Shown here: piece after piece, positions 25,739 through 37,300 of the stretch
How positions within the stretch are numbered: the first letter of the stretch is position 1
Layout of the letters: every line of letters starts with the position of its first letter
Translations under genes and position numbers: made by a program
From: Eukaryota sp. GEM-RC1
Taxonomy: Eukaryota
Direction: 5' to 3'
Assembly: GCA_040285855.1 (NCBI GenBank)
Contig: JAUFOQ010000004.1
Coordinates: forward strand, 1,240,001 to 1,304,000
Length of the DNA stretch: 64,000 bases
Notes under the pieces: generated by a model
Databases searched by the model: none
Seen by the model: only the letters and a program-made list of their open reading frames with translations
Told to the model about the DNA's origin: nothing

Positions 25739-26015
25739 AAAAAAACGGGGTTTATGATCAGTCAGTGAAATAAATGCATTTGCAGAAGTTAATAACTAAC
25801 AGACACTAACTATGATCCTTCTGTCCATCACCGAACAACTTACCTAAAATTGAATTAAAATATCTAGTGTATTGCACATGTAAATATCAATAAATTTCAA
25901 TGTTTCAAAATTGGTTTTACAACTGCATATTCGGGGTATATTGAGATGTTAGACATATTACAGTTGTTGTTTGGCCCAGTTGTTCTCAGTGATTGATCAT
26001 AAACCCCGTTTTTTT
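25739..26015. mobile_element. MITE-like element (~277 bp) with ~26-30 bp terminal inverted repeats
   Basis: AAAAAAACGGGGTTTATGATCAGTCA (25739-25764) versus TGATTGATCATAAACCCCGTTTTTTT (25990-26015), one mismatch. No clear target-site duplication. Confidence 0.75.
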
Positions 26016-26279
26016 TCTGAGTTGATATGTTTCTTTTATGTACGGTTCACACTCCCATAAGTAGAACCACAAGTGCACTATCCATCTAACATGGTGACGT
26101 TTGTAGTAAATTGCTAGAGCGGAGGGGCTGTGTCAATATTTTCATTATCTACGGATTATTTCATTACATGCGTTTGATCATGTGCGTAAGACTGTCTAAG
26201 CTCTGGTTCTAACGTTAGTTCTAATTGTAGTTCTGGTAATCTTGTTATGCAAAACAAAACTGACACTGCATTACAATCC

Positions 26280-26805
26280 ATTTGCGTCCAACTGTATTAT
26301 TCTATAATACCTGCTATTGAGTGAGAGTGACTATCACAAGTAAGTTCTTTTGTGAAACATTGTTAGATTTTTCTTCATTTGGTACAATTGCCCAAATTTG
26401 TAACCCAATTTGTACTGTTCACGGTTTGGTATAACTTCAGCACCATTATTTCGTCTTCAAATGTTTGTTGTGTACATCGTTTCCTGGGTTAGATTTAGTC
26501 CAAATTTTCGGTCATCCTACAGCAATACATGTAGGAGAAGTCTTCTTCAACAATAATGGATTTCCCGAACTTTTAGACCACTCGACCATAACAATCCTGC
26601 GTGTTGTCAAGTGGAGAGACAAAAACTGTTTTGGACGTTGAATCAGAGACGAAATTCAAGTAGATAGATATCAATCAAATATAGAATGGAAATCTGTGGT
26701 ATCTGCAAAAGCGCAATAATTCTCTATAAAAAACACCAGCGACGGGAATATCATAATGTCATTATCAGGGGGGTCTGGAAGCGTGTGATTATTTTCAGTC
26801 ATCTT
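26280..26805 (-). mobile_element. Possible decayed N-terminal (zinc-finger) region of a non-LTR retrotransposon
   Basis: MTENNHTLPDPPD… start, then the stop-interrupted PTCIAVG*PKIWTKSNPGNDVHNKHL and a second Cys/His-like patch. Close to RLE remnants on the same strand. Weak. Confidence 0.3.
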
Positions 26806-27243
26806 TAAATTACATGTACTGTACACGATGTACATTGTAGAACAACATTTAGTCAATAGTATTAGCATGTGTGCCTAACGTTCCCTTACACGCAATAACG
26901 ATGATGTGTTACAATTGGAAAATAAGACTACGTGTACTTATTTTTTGCATGGGGCTAGGTGGAGCATGTGGCTTCACTCAGTATTAGGTTTGGGGTCACC
27001 CGGGTAATTTGGAAGCCCTAGTCAATACCAACAAGGGCACCGAATTACTGTAAATTGTTCACAGTAATTATAATTATTAAATCACGGACACCGTGGCATT
27101 ATCCGTGATTTTCTACATAAGTTTCCTTGTTATTCTCATGTTTGGACCACTATGGTTGGTGTTTCTTATGTCAGAATTGAATGTGGTGTTGTCACTGCAA
27201 CTAGATGGCCACTTGGGCATATTGTACATTATTACAGTAGGAA

Positions 27244-27412
27244 GTCGTCGAAATCCTTGAAAAATTGCTCACCAGCAGGACTAATCGAGCCAAAAGAGAA
27301 ACATCAAAAGGTTGAAACACAAATTTGGAATATGAGTTTCGATTTAATTCTTCAACTTGAGAGTCATACTTAGAGTGTTTGAGCTTTTCAGCAGCTGTTA
27401 ACGGATGAAAAA
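27244..27412 (-). mobile_element. RLE retrotransposon fragment, inverted near-copy of 21270-21437
   Basis: PLTAAEKLKHSKYDSQVEELNRNS-x-SKFVFQPF is shared almost base for base with the plus-strand copy. Confidence 0.85.
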
Positions 27413-27689
27413 AATTAACTATGAAATGAACTGCACAATTCGGAAAAGTAATTATCACCATGCAACTTGGCTAAAATGGAATAAACATATCTATACATTG
27501 ACTTAAAAATCGAAAAAGGAAATTTACTCTTCCAGTACGATCTGTAACACTTCTTGCCAAATTTTGAACACTGAACACAAATTGTCAAACAAATTTAAAA
27601 ACCCGCAGTAGAAGAACGAAATTTCCGTATAATGAAACCAATAATAAAAGGCTGAAAGACAATATTATTGGGTCTTCGTGAATATAATA

Positions 27690-27975
27690 CAGCAACTTGA
27701 TGAAGGTACGTTGACTCCTTCAGCGTCCTCAGCGTCATTCAGCGGATCATTTGAAGTATTCAAAATGTTAATAATAATAATAATAATAGATGAAGATTTG
27801 CAAGGGTCATCAGTCGTAACATCAACTACAGTACAATTTTTTGGCACGACAATCAAGGACCAGAAACAGGGTGATCTGAAACATGAGAAAGTAAAGGTTC
27901 CACTTTGACATGGACATTATTTGCCTTGAACATTTCCAAACATGTATCTCGGAGACTGTTGTGGAATAGTGAACA
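27690..27975 (-). mobile_element. Diverged RLE retrotransposon fragment carrying an (ATA)n microsatellite at ~27770-27788
   Basis: Minus-strand FHNSLRDTCLEMFKANNVHVKVEPLL…VVDVTTDDPC…DPLNDAE matches the HN-x-x-RD…EP…D-V-T pattern that follows the CCHC knuckle in CRE-like elements. Confidence 0.7.
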
Positions 27976-28359
27976 CTAAAACATAAATATATAAAACCAC
28001 ATTTCTGTCAACTGAGATTTTTGGAGTATTTGATTGATACACAAGATAATAATCATAAAGTAGTGATATTAGATGGTCCGACCGCATATGTGTGTTTTCA
28101 GCTGAACCTACATATCAAAGTACAGTTAAAAATTTTTGTATTACTTCCAATAAATTCACAAGAATGCAGTACTGTAATATTGTATTGAAAATAATTCTGT
28201 GCCTGCACCATATTGTCCTGAGCTCTACATTAGAACTGAATATATTTCAATGTTGGTCTCAAATAATAAAGAGAATAAATTAATGATTTATAACATGTTG
28301 TGTGAAAATAGAGATTACACATGACTATTATGATATTACAATTGTGGATCAAACCTAAT

Positions 28360-28384
28360 GAGCCAATAAACAATGCTCTCAAGT
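28360..28384 (-). repeat. Conserved 25-nt post-stop element (copy C)
   Basis: Reverse complement ACTTGAGAGCATTGTTTATTGGCTC, directly after TAG 28387-28385. Confidence 0.85.
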
Positions 28385-31300
28385 CTACAATTTCAAAAAA
28401 CTAAAAGTATACGACACACTAAAAAGTAGAGAAACTGCAAAAGTATTACATCAACAGTAGTTGTGGAGAAACTGATAAGTATAACTATGATGAAATTTTG
28501 AATTATAAAATAGAATAGGCTCTCAAATGATGAAGCAAAAATGGTGACAAAATAGCATACTAGTGATAAGAAATAAGGAGAATGACGTTGTACTATCAAC
28601 ACAAAAATTAAAAAACTCAAGTGAAAACTCAGAAATACAATTTGCCAAAATGACGGCCCTTCATGATTAAGGAAAGAAAGTACTGTGCCAAACAGAAAAT
28701 TGATAGAGAAAAGTACCGCTCCAAGTAAAAAAGCGCTATGTTTCACATTGAAATTGTAATTTTTAAAAAATCTTGATAAAACGACTTTCGAAAGTACAGA
28801 CAGTGAAATCAGCACAATAACAAACAACATTCTTGACGAATCAAAATGAAATATAGAAGATATAAATTCAATAGCAATCACCCAAATAGACACCCTACGG
28901 AAAAAAATCGGAGGCAAAACAAAAAAGACGACATTTAGAATATTAAAGTAGTTCGAAAGCTGTTCTAATAATCTCTTTTGACCAAATGTAGAAAGAGCCG
29001 ACGCTGCCAGTCGAATATACTTAAACTTTGATTCAACAAGAGATAGTTGAATAATCAATCTATCAGCAACAAATAGAATCAAAATCAAGCAAATTAATAA
29101 TATCACCTTTAACCAAATATTTTCCTTACCAAAACAATAAATCCTAGAGGAAAAAGCTTCTTCAGTACAATATTGACACAAATCTCCATAAGCATGACGT
29201 GATCTGCAAGAATTTTCATGACAACTATACCAAAACACACATTCATCTAGTTCCCAAGTATCAGTATTTAATCTAAAACCAGGTTCAATTCCAGTCAAAT
29301 TTCCATATCCACATTCAGCTAAATGAGGACAAGGTAAACAAGAATCTATAGAATCTAGAGTGTTTAAAGGACAAACACAATGGTCAAGATCACTAGAGCC
29401 TTTTTGAAGAGTTATTCTTGGAAAAGAACAAGAACGACATTCTGAATTGAATTCTGAATTTGAAAAATAATTTAGAAAACATTCCACACATTCACCAAGA
29501 TAATTAAATTCCATTCCCTTTGGACACAAACATCCATGTCCAGAATTCAATTTAGGAAAGTGACAATCATTTGAAACTAGATCAATAGTCGCAGTATGAG
29601 ATAAATAGGATAGTGTAATCGTCATTGATTGGAGTGGAGACGTGACTAACTCCAGCAAACGGCCATCTAGAATATTAATACCAGCGTCAATGTCAATAAC
29701 TAGAGTAATATCAGAAAGAAGAACTTCGCTAGTAAGATTGTAGAACTGTTCCTGAATTACAAACTTTGAGGTAATGTTCAAAAGAGTACATGATTGGTCT
29801 CCATAATATTGATGACCACAATAGGAAACATTCAATTGATCGACATTTAAAAATTCTGCAAAGTTTTGAACTATCGTTCCATTCCAATTTAGAAGCCGGG
29901 AATTGAATTCGTAATCAACTCGATGTTCCTGTAATTGAGGTAATTCATTAAAGAAGAAGATTACATTATTGGAAAGGAAAACGACATAATTGAACTGAAA
30001 AGTAGAGGAAATAATCGAAATAGAACCATTACAGTCAACACAAAATCCAATATTATCGACACATTTTATGGGAATTGAAATATTTAAATAATTTGAATTG
30101 ACTTCAACAATTGTTTGACTGAAAACCAAAGAAGTTGGATCAGAAGCAGACAGAGTCACAAGAAAAGGTGTAAATGAATAGAAACAATTTGGAGAAACGA
30201 AACCAGTAGAAAATTGAACAGTTGAAGTGGACCAAAACATTTCTTTCTGAGAAATAAACGATTCAAACTGTACCGTTGAGTTGAATAATGAAGTTTCAAA
30301 CCCCAGATATACATCTTCATCAATCACTTCCCCAAGAGCAGTAAAACCACGTCCAAAAGAAAAGGGTTTAAAACAAGAATCTGATACATGCCCATAAATT
30401 TCTAATTCCAATATATACAGATTTTCAAGAGCAATTAAAATAATTCCAGTGGTTCGTGGAATGATGATGTCAATAGTACACATTGAAGCAAAAGCAAAAC
30501 CACTGGGAATTTGTTCACAAGAATATGCAGAAGACAGCGTTTGATTGTTAGCAATCAGTTCAAATGGAAGGTAATAATAGGATTCGTGACAACTAGTGTT
30601 TGTTGTAATCACAATTTGAAATATATCAAAAGAAGCATCAAACATTGCATTGATCGAGTCAAATTGTGAGATAAATTCGGAACAAAAAGACACGTCAACA
30701 TTACAACACCTGATACCATCAAACATTAAGTTATTCGTAAAAGTGTTAGTAAAATTAATCCTAGGATGCTCGCCAAATGAAGCAAAACAGACATCTTTGA
30801 GAAATGCTTCACCTTGAATTTCAACTGAGTTGATGAGTACCCCATCAAAAAAAAAGTTCTAGTTCAACAAACTCTAGATAAGTTGGAATAATGACATCGT
30901 CACAGAACAAAGAATTGTTAGAAGTAATTCCTGTGAATTTTTGAGAGTCAATAGAACAAGTTAAATCGGAGTATAAATTACCTTCAATATTGAAAGAAAT
31001 TGTACGGTGTTCAAAAACACTTACAAAATCTGTAGACGAAGCCTCAATATCGAAAACAACAATAACACCAACGTGTTGTAAGCTAAATCCAGACTGTTTC
31101 CAAGACCAGTGGTGATAGCTTTGTCCTTTTGAAAAGTGCAATGACGAGATATTAAACACGTAAGTTAATTGAAAATTAGAACTCGACACGTCATTAACTT
31201 CAGTAGGATTTAAAATAAGATCATTAACCAAGAAAACGGAATCTGGAAAGAAGTTACCACTAAAAGAGATCATGATAGCTTGAGGATTGGAAATAGAAAT

Positions 31301-34300
31301 CACAGAGGAGCTCAACAATTCGAGTACTGGAGGTTGGTAAACCGAAACATGATGTACAAAATTGAAATTTGATTGGAAATACCAAACAACGAAGGAAATA
31401 TCAATATTTCCTTCATCCAATCCAACAAAGATAATTTCAATGTGATATGAATTATCAGAAGAAGTACTCAATTGACAATTATCAGAACATTCCACTGAAT
31501 ACAAATAATTGGGATCAGTTATTTCAATTTGAATTGTCTGGAACAAATTGATTTCCACTACTGATGGTATGTTTTCATTAGGAAAAGAAGAAATAGAACT
31601 AATATTGACTGATTCTGACAGACTAGATAAAGTAATCCAAAGACTAGCACTTTCAATATTTAAAATATTTACTCCTTGGTGAAGAGGGAAGGTGTTACTT
31701 CCAGTAGAGATATAGAGATCATTGACAAACTCAAGCAGATAACAATCAACAACAGAATTATAATAAACTTTGGGTGGAAAAACAACAAAATTAGCAATCT
31801 CTACAGAAAGATGTTCACTTAAATGACCAAAAGACAGACTCTGTAGGGTGAAGTTCCCTGTTCTAGTAAACTCAACATCGAAGTAAACCGTAGACTCATC
31901 AACTTTAATTAATTGAGAAGCAGAATTACTGAATGAGAAAGTACTTTGGATAATTGAAAAGTCATACAAATCAATTCCTTCTATTTCGATAGACAAGCTG
32001 TGAGTAACTGGACTATCAAACCATTGAATATAGTTGGGATAGATATAGGAGGGAGAGACAATAAAAGGAAGATTGAAAATAGAGTAACACGCAGAATTAA
32101 TACAAATACGTAATTCAGTTGGAACTCGAGAAATAAAAGAAGTAAATGTAACTTCGGCAAAAGATGGTGATACTTGGTAATTAGAAATATGAAGAGAGTT
32201 CGGAGAATTTAGCCCAATAAAAGTATTAACAAATGAAAAGTCGTCCAGAAAACTATAAATTGTAATTGAACACGGAACGCCGACAAAACAAACATAGTCA
32301 GTATTGTTAGCAACAAATGAAGTGACAGGTATTGAAATTAGGCGAATGAATTGAAGGAAAAATTCTACTGAAATTGCAAATTCAGTAATTCCATACAAGT
32401 CACCTGTTGAAATTTGCAATTCATCTTCATCAATAATTTCGTATGAAGCAGTATGAACAGACAATTCAAGAGATGAATTTTGAAAACAATGATACATTTT
32501 TGAGAAATAAGGTCCTGTTAATACTATTAATTCCCCAGACGGTGAAAGTGGTGGTGCTGGGAGATAACTAACTTGTGGAGGTGCAAAATTAAGTTGAAGA
32601 GAATTACTAGTTTGGTTCCCAACAATTAAATATACTTCAAAAGTATTAGAAGTGATATCACAAATATAGGGAACATAAAAAGAAATTTCATCATGAGTGT
32701 AATTATTAATCACAACTTGAGAGAAACTGAAAGACAGCGAAAAGTATTCAAAAGAGGTGGAAAAATCAGAACCATATATTGAAAAATGACCATGTAAATG
32801 GAAAGGATCGGTTGACAGGGACGAAATGACAGGTTTCTTGAAACAGTAATTGAAGGAAATTATTGAAGAATCTGTAGATCGAGAAAGAATCATTTCATGA
32901 CAACCATGACCTGCAAAAAGGATAAATCCAAATATTCATCATTATTTGAAGAATATTCAAGACTTTGATTGATTGAAGCTGTTGAATGATGAATAATAAT
33001 AGGATCTAACCCAAGATTAAAAGCAAACAGTGGTACAAATCCACCTCTAGTTGGAGGTTCTAGACTAACAAAATAAATAGGACAAACAGGAATGAATAAG
33101 TTGTGGAATGAAAATATTCTAGAAATAGTAAAATTAAAACAAATTGAATTATTCGTTGGATTGAAAGAAATAACATCATTTAAAAAGAAGTCAAGAGAAT
33201 TCAATACAAAGTTGTGGGAGAATTCATCATTATTAGGGACTGAGAGTTCCAGTAACTCTGACAGATATTCGATGTTATTAAAATTCAGAGAAACTTGACA
33301 GAAAGACGTGTTGCAGCAGTGTTGCGAAGGAAAAATTGAAATATTTGAAATAATTCTCGAAAGATCCAGTAATAAAGCATCACCAAGTATAACAGAATCT
33401 TCATCAATAAAAACAGACTTTGAAATTACTGGGAAATCTGACATTATATTGATATTAGAATGATCTAAAACCAATGAAGAAAAGAAGAATTCCTGATCAA
33501 AATTAAGAAAGTATAGGTAAGACTTTTCTGAATATAAACTCAACTTAAAGTCTTGGTTAGAAACACATCCAGAAAGATTAGAATTTTCCAGTGTTAGATA
33601 CGAGTCAATTAAAATAATATCATATACTAAACTATCTAAATCAGAAAGTTGACAACGATCCATTAACAGAGAGCGAAAATGAGTTTTGGACAGAGTTAGA
33701 ACCAAAACTGGAGAAACTCATAATTACGTATAACAATATTCTCAAAAGTACTATTACTTTCTATAGACTCTAGGAAAATAGAAGTTGAAACCATATCAAT
33801 GGTAACCTCTTCCACCTCCAGGGTAGAGTTATAAAGCACAAGTGTACTATTATTAAACGACGATAAACCAATGTTACCCAAAGATAAACTCAATGACGAA
33901 TCTGATAATAAAAACAAGGTATCAAATATTGAATCAGTAATGGCCAAATTCTGAGTAGTAATTGAACTATTAACAGAAGATTCTAGTATACTTCCTGTGC
34001 AGTTGAAAAGAGAAAGAGAGTTGATGGACAATTCTGAATTCAAGATGTTAAGAAAGAAGGACAGGTTCGAATTCTCGACCAAAACCATAGATAAAGAGGA
34101 ATCCGTCGAATTTAAGACACTGAAAACATCACCGTGAGTCTTTGAGAAATTCAAATTTTGCATGTGTAATTTACAATTGATTAAACTAAACCACACAGTA
34201 GAAATTGATTGATCAACTTCGACAGTGTTTAGAGAAATAGTTGAGAACGTACTATAAACAAAGTCTTTTGAAAAGACTGAAAACATAATTAAATTATTCA

Positions 34301-37300
34301 TGACACTATTAGACTGATCTAATTGAAATACAGTGTTAGCAGTTACTTCCGTTATTGATAAATGATTGAGTTTAATAGACGATGAGGAAGAAACAACCAA
34401 ATTATTAACATTCAAGTCATTAAAAATTGAATCGTCAACAATCATTGACGATGATGACAACAAGATTAACGAGTCAGACAAAGATCCGGAAAAAGACAAT
34501 TGTCGACAAAAACTGACGATTTGAGACATTCAAATAGACGAAAAGAATCGATGTCAAACAGACAGTTTGTTGTAGTTAAAGTGGAATTCTGAATTATAAA
34601 CAGACTATCATTAGAGACGGAAAGAACACTCACGAAATCAAAATTGAGTGATGAATCAGAAACCTCAAAAGAACATTATTACCGTATATAATTAAATTAT
34701 GGAAGGTCAAAGAAGACGAAACAATATCAAGTAAAGTCTCATCACTTCCATCAATGATCACGTCACCGAGACCAATAACTTCCCAATCAACATCAATTAA
34801 TTTGCCGAAACCTTGATTGAAGAAATAGTAACCACTATGGAAATAAACCTTCCCTTTTCTTCCCATTCTTTCTAAAACTCCTTTAAAAGAAATACAAGGA
34901 CTGTCAAAAGTACCACAACAAGGGTCATCAATACCAGAAGGAGAAATGTAAGAAACTTGATTTAAGTCGACTACAAAATCATTTACAGAGACAATTAGAG
35001 AAGACTTTGAATAAAAAGTGGATATAAGTGAAGCACAAGGATTAATTATGCTTCTAAATCTTCCATTAATTTGATCAGACTCTATCAGAGTATAATTATA
35101 GCTGGTTGAATCAGACTTTGTATCAAATTCAATTTCTAGTATTCCATCTAAATAAGCAGTTGAACCAACAATTAATTGAGTAAAAGAACTGTCGTTATTG
35201 ATTTGAAGAGAGATGATTGAAGAAGGAAAAAGAGAAAGGTTGTCGTTAAAAGTTAATGTAGATGAAGGATGAGTTCTTCCAAAATTTAAAATATTTGTAT
35301 CAATAGTACCAAATCCCGACATAGTTTGATAGTCAAAGAGAATAAAAAGAAATTCAATCCTAACAGTTGAATCAAAGAGCGCTAATGTTCCATTGAAAGT
35401 GAAAGAAACATTAGAAATGCTTACATCATTTCTCATCAAAACATCAGAATGACAAGCTATTGAACCACTAGAGGTCTGGAATTCTGAAACTGACACGTCA
35501 TCAAGAATCACGCGACTGTAGACATTAATAAAATTAGCCAATTTAACTTGTCCAGAGATCACTGCATTATCAGATGACTCTTGAACGATTAAAGAAGACG
35601 AGAAGTTCCCAGAAGAAATTTGAACTTCAGACGCAATTGCCATGGACCAATTTCCTAGTATTTGACAGTAAAAACAAGAGAAGAATCCAACAATTACTTC
35701 AGTACCCACTGTTGACTCAAAAGTTGAATATGACAAATTTAATCTATGAAAGTTGGAAATATCGTTCAAAAAGTGACTATTGATTGCAACAAAATTTAGT
35801 ACTGGTGACAAGATATCAACTGAGTCGTCATAGTAGAGCTCACTTGAATGAAGAGTAATAGTGGTGGAATCAGACAGAATTCTAGTGCTCTCACTTAAAA
35901 TCATTACAGAATTTCTATAGAGCTCAAGTTCTGTCAAATTCCTAAAAGCTACACCTTTTGATTGAAGGTTTGAGGAAGTTAAAGAGAGTGATCCAATGTA
36001 AAATGAAGCTGCTGCAAACGATACAGCAGAATCCACAAAAGTCAGTTTTCCATTTCCAAATATTCCCTGAGGAAGATCAAAGAGAGCAGTTCAATCTCAT
36101 CTTCTGTTAAAGTCCTGGTATAGAACTGAACAGCACGGATTTTACCTTGAAAATCAGTAACTGATGACGAATGATGAACTCCAGAAAGAGGGAAAAGATC
36201 AGGAGGAGGATCACTAAGGTGGGTACATCTATAGACACCAGAGGGATGTGCATGTCCTATTCTAATTCCATCTGCATAAATCCATGATTTCTGATGATCA
36301 AAGGTAATTACGAGATGAAACCATTTCTTGATAGGGAGCAGTGCATTAGTGTAATGAGAACCCCAATAAGACGTAGTATTTAAAAAGTAAAACTTACAAG
36401 TGCTTCCCATGTTAAATCCAATACCCCCGTCTTCAAAGTACAACCACAAAGAAAACGAAGCGTCTGTCCAGCCTTGAGTCTCAATAAGGTTTGGAACATG
36501 TAAGGTATCACCAGGTTTGATCTCAAAATAACCACCATTTTCATCAGTTTTCCACTCTGGTCCATCAATTTTGATTGCACTAGAATCGTGATTTTCCGAG
36601 TAATCCATAGTACTAGGCGAATAAACCCAGTTGTAGTAAAGAAACAAGTCAGGATCAGAAGAATCAAAGGTACTGCCAATAGTAAAATTAGAAGAAACAA
36701 CAGAGAACTCTGATTGTTCTAGAATTTGGAGAATATTGTGTGACTCAAAAGAGAATTCTGTTTGGAAAAGCGAATGAGAATTCAGAGTAAACAGTCCGTA
36801 ATTTGAGATATCAAAATTAGACCGAAATGAACAATACTCTGATAAAACAAAAGAATTGTAAAATTTCAATTCAGCAGAAGTACAGTCAGAAGAACGAGAC
36901 AAAAAAAGAGAAGACGACGGAGTACACTTGACAATTACTGAATCAAGAATTAATTGAGAATTATTTGAATGTAATGTAAGAGAATTATTAAAAACACCTC
37001 ATCTGTAATTGTCAATGATGCTACTCGTAAAACCTTTTCATCACCATAAAGATTGATGACGTTTACTTTGGCTTTACTTAGAGTCAGGATACCATCAAAC
37101 CAATAGATAACCAAAGCCTCTAAGTAACAGTCACAACTAAAGTCACTATTTGACAAAGAAAGAACATCAATATGAAGCTCTAAAGTAGTTGAAATAAATG
37201 AAGAACTCTCTAACTCAAGATTGGGAAGGAAGAAGTCAGAAGAAAGGAAACGGCCATGGATTTCAATGGTTGAATCTTCTTTAGCAACAGTATTGACCAC

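Noticed and set aside
27043..27111. Two adjacent hairpins as a Helitron 3' end or terminator
   Set aside because: The stems are real (AAATCACGGA/TCCGTGATTT), but no CTRR terminus follows and there is no other Helitron evidence.
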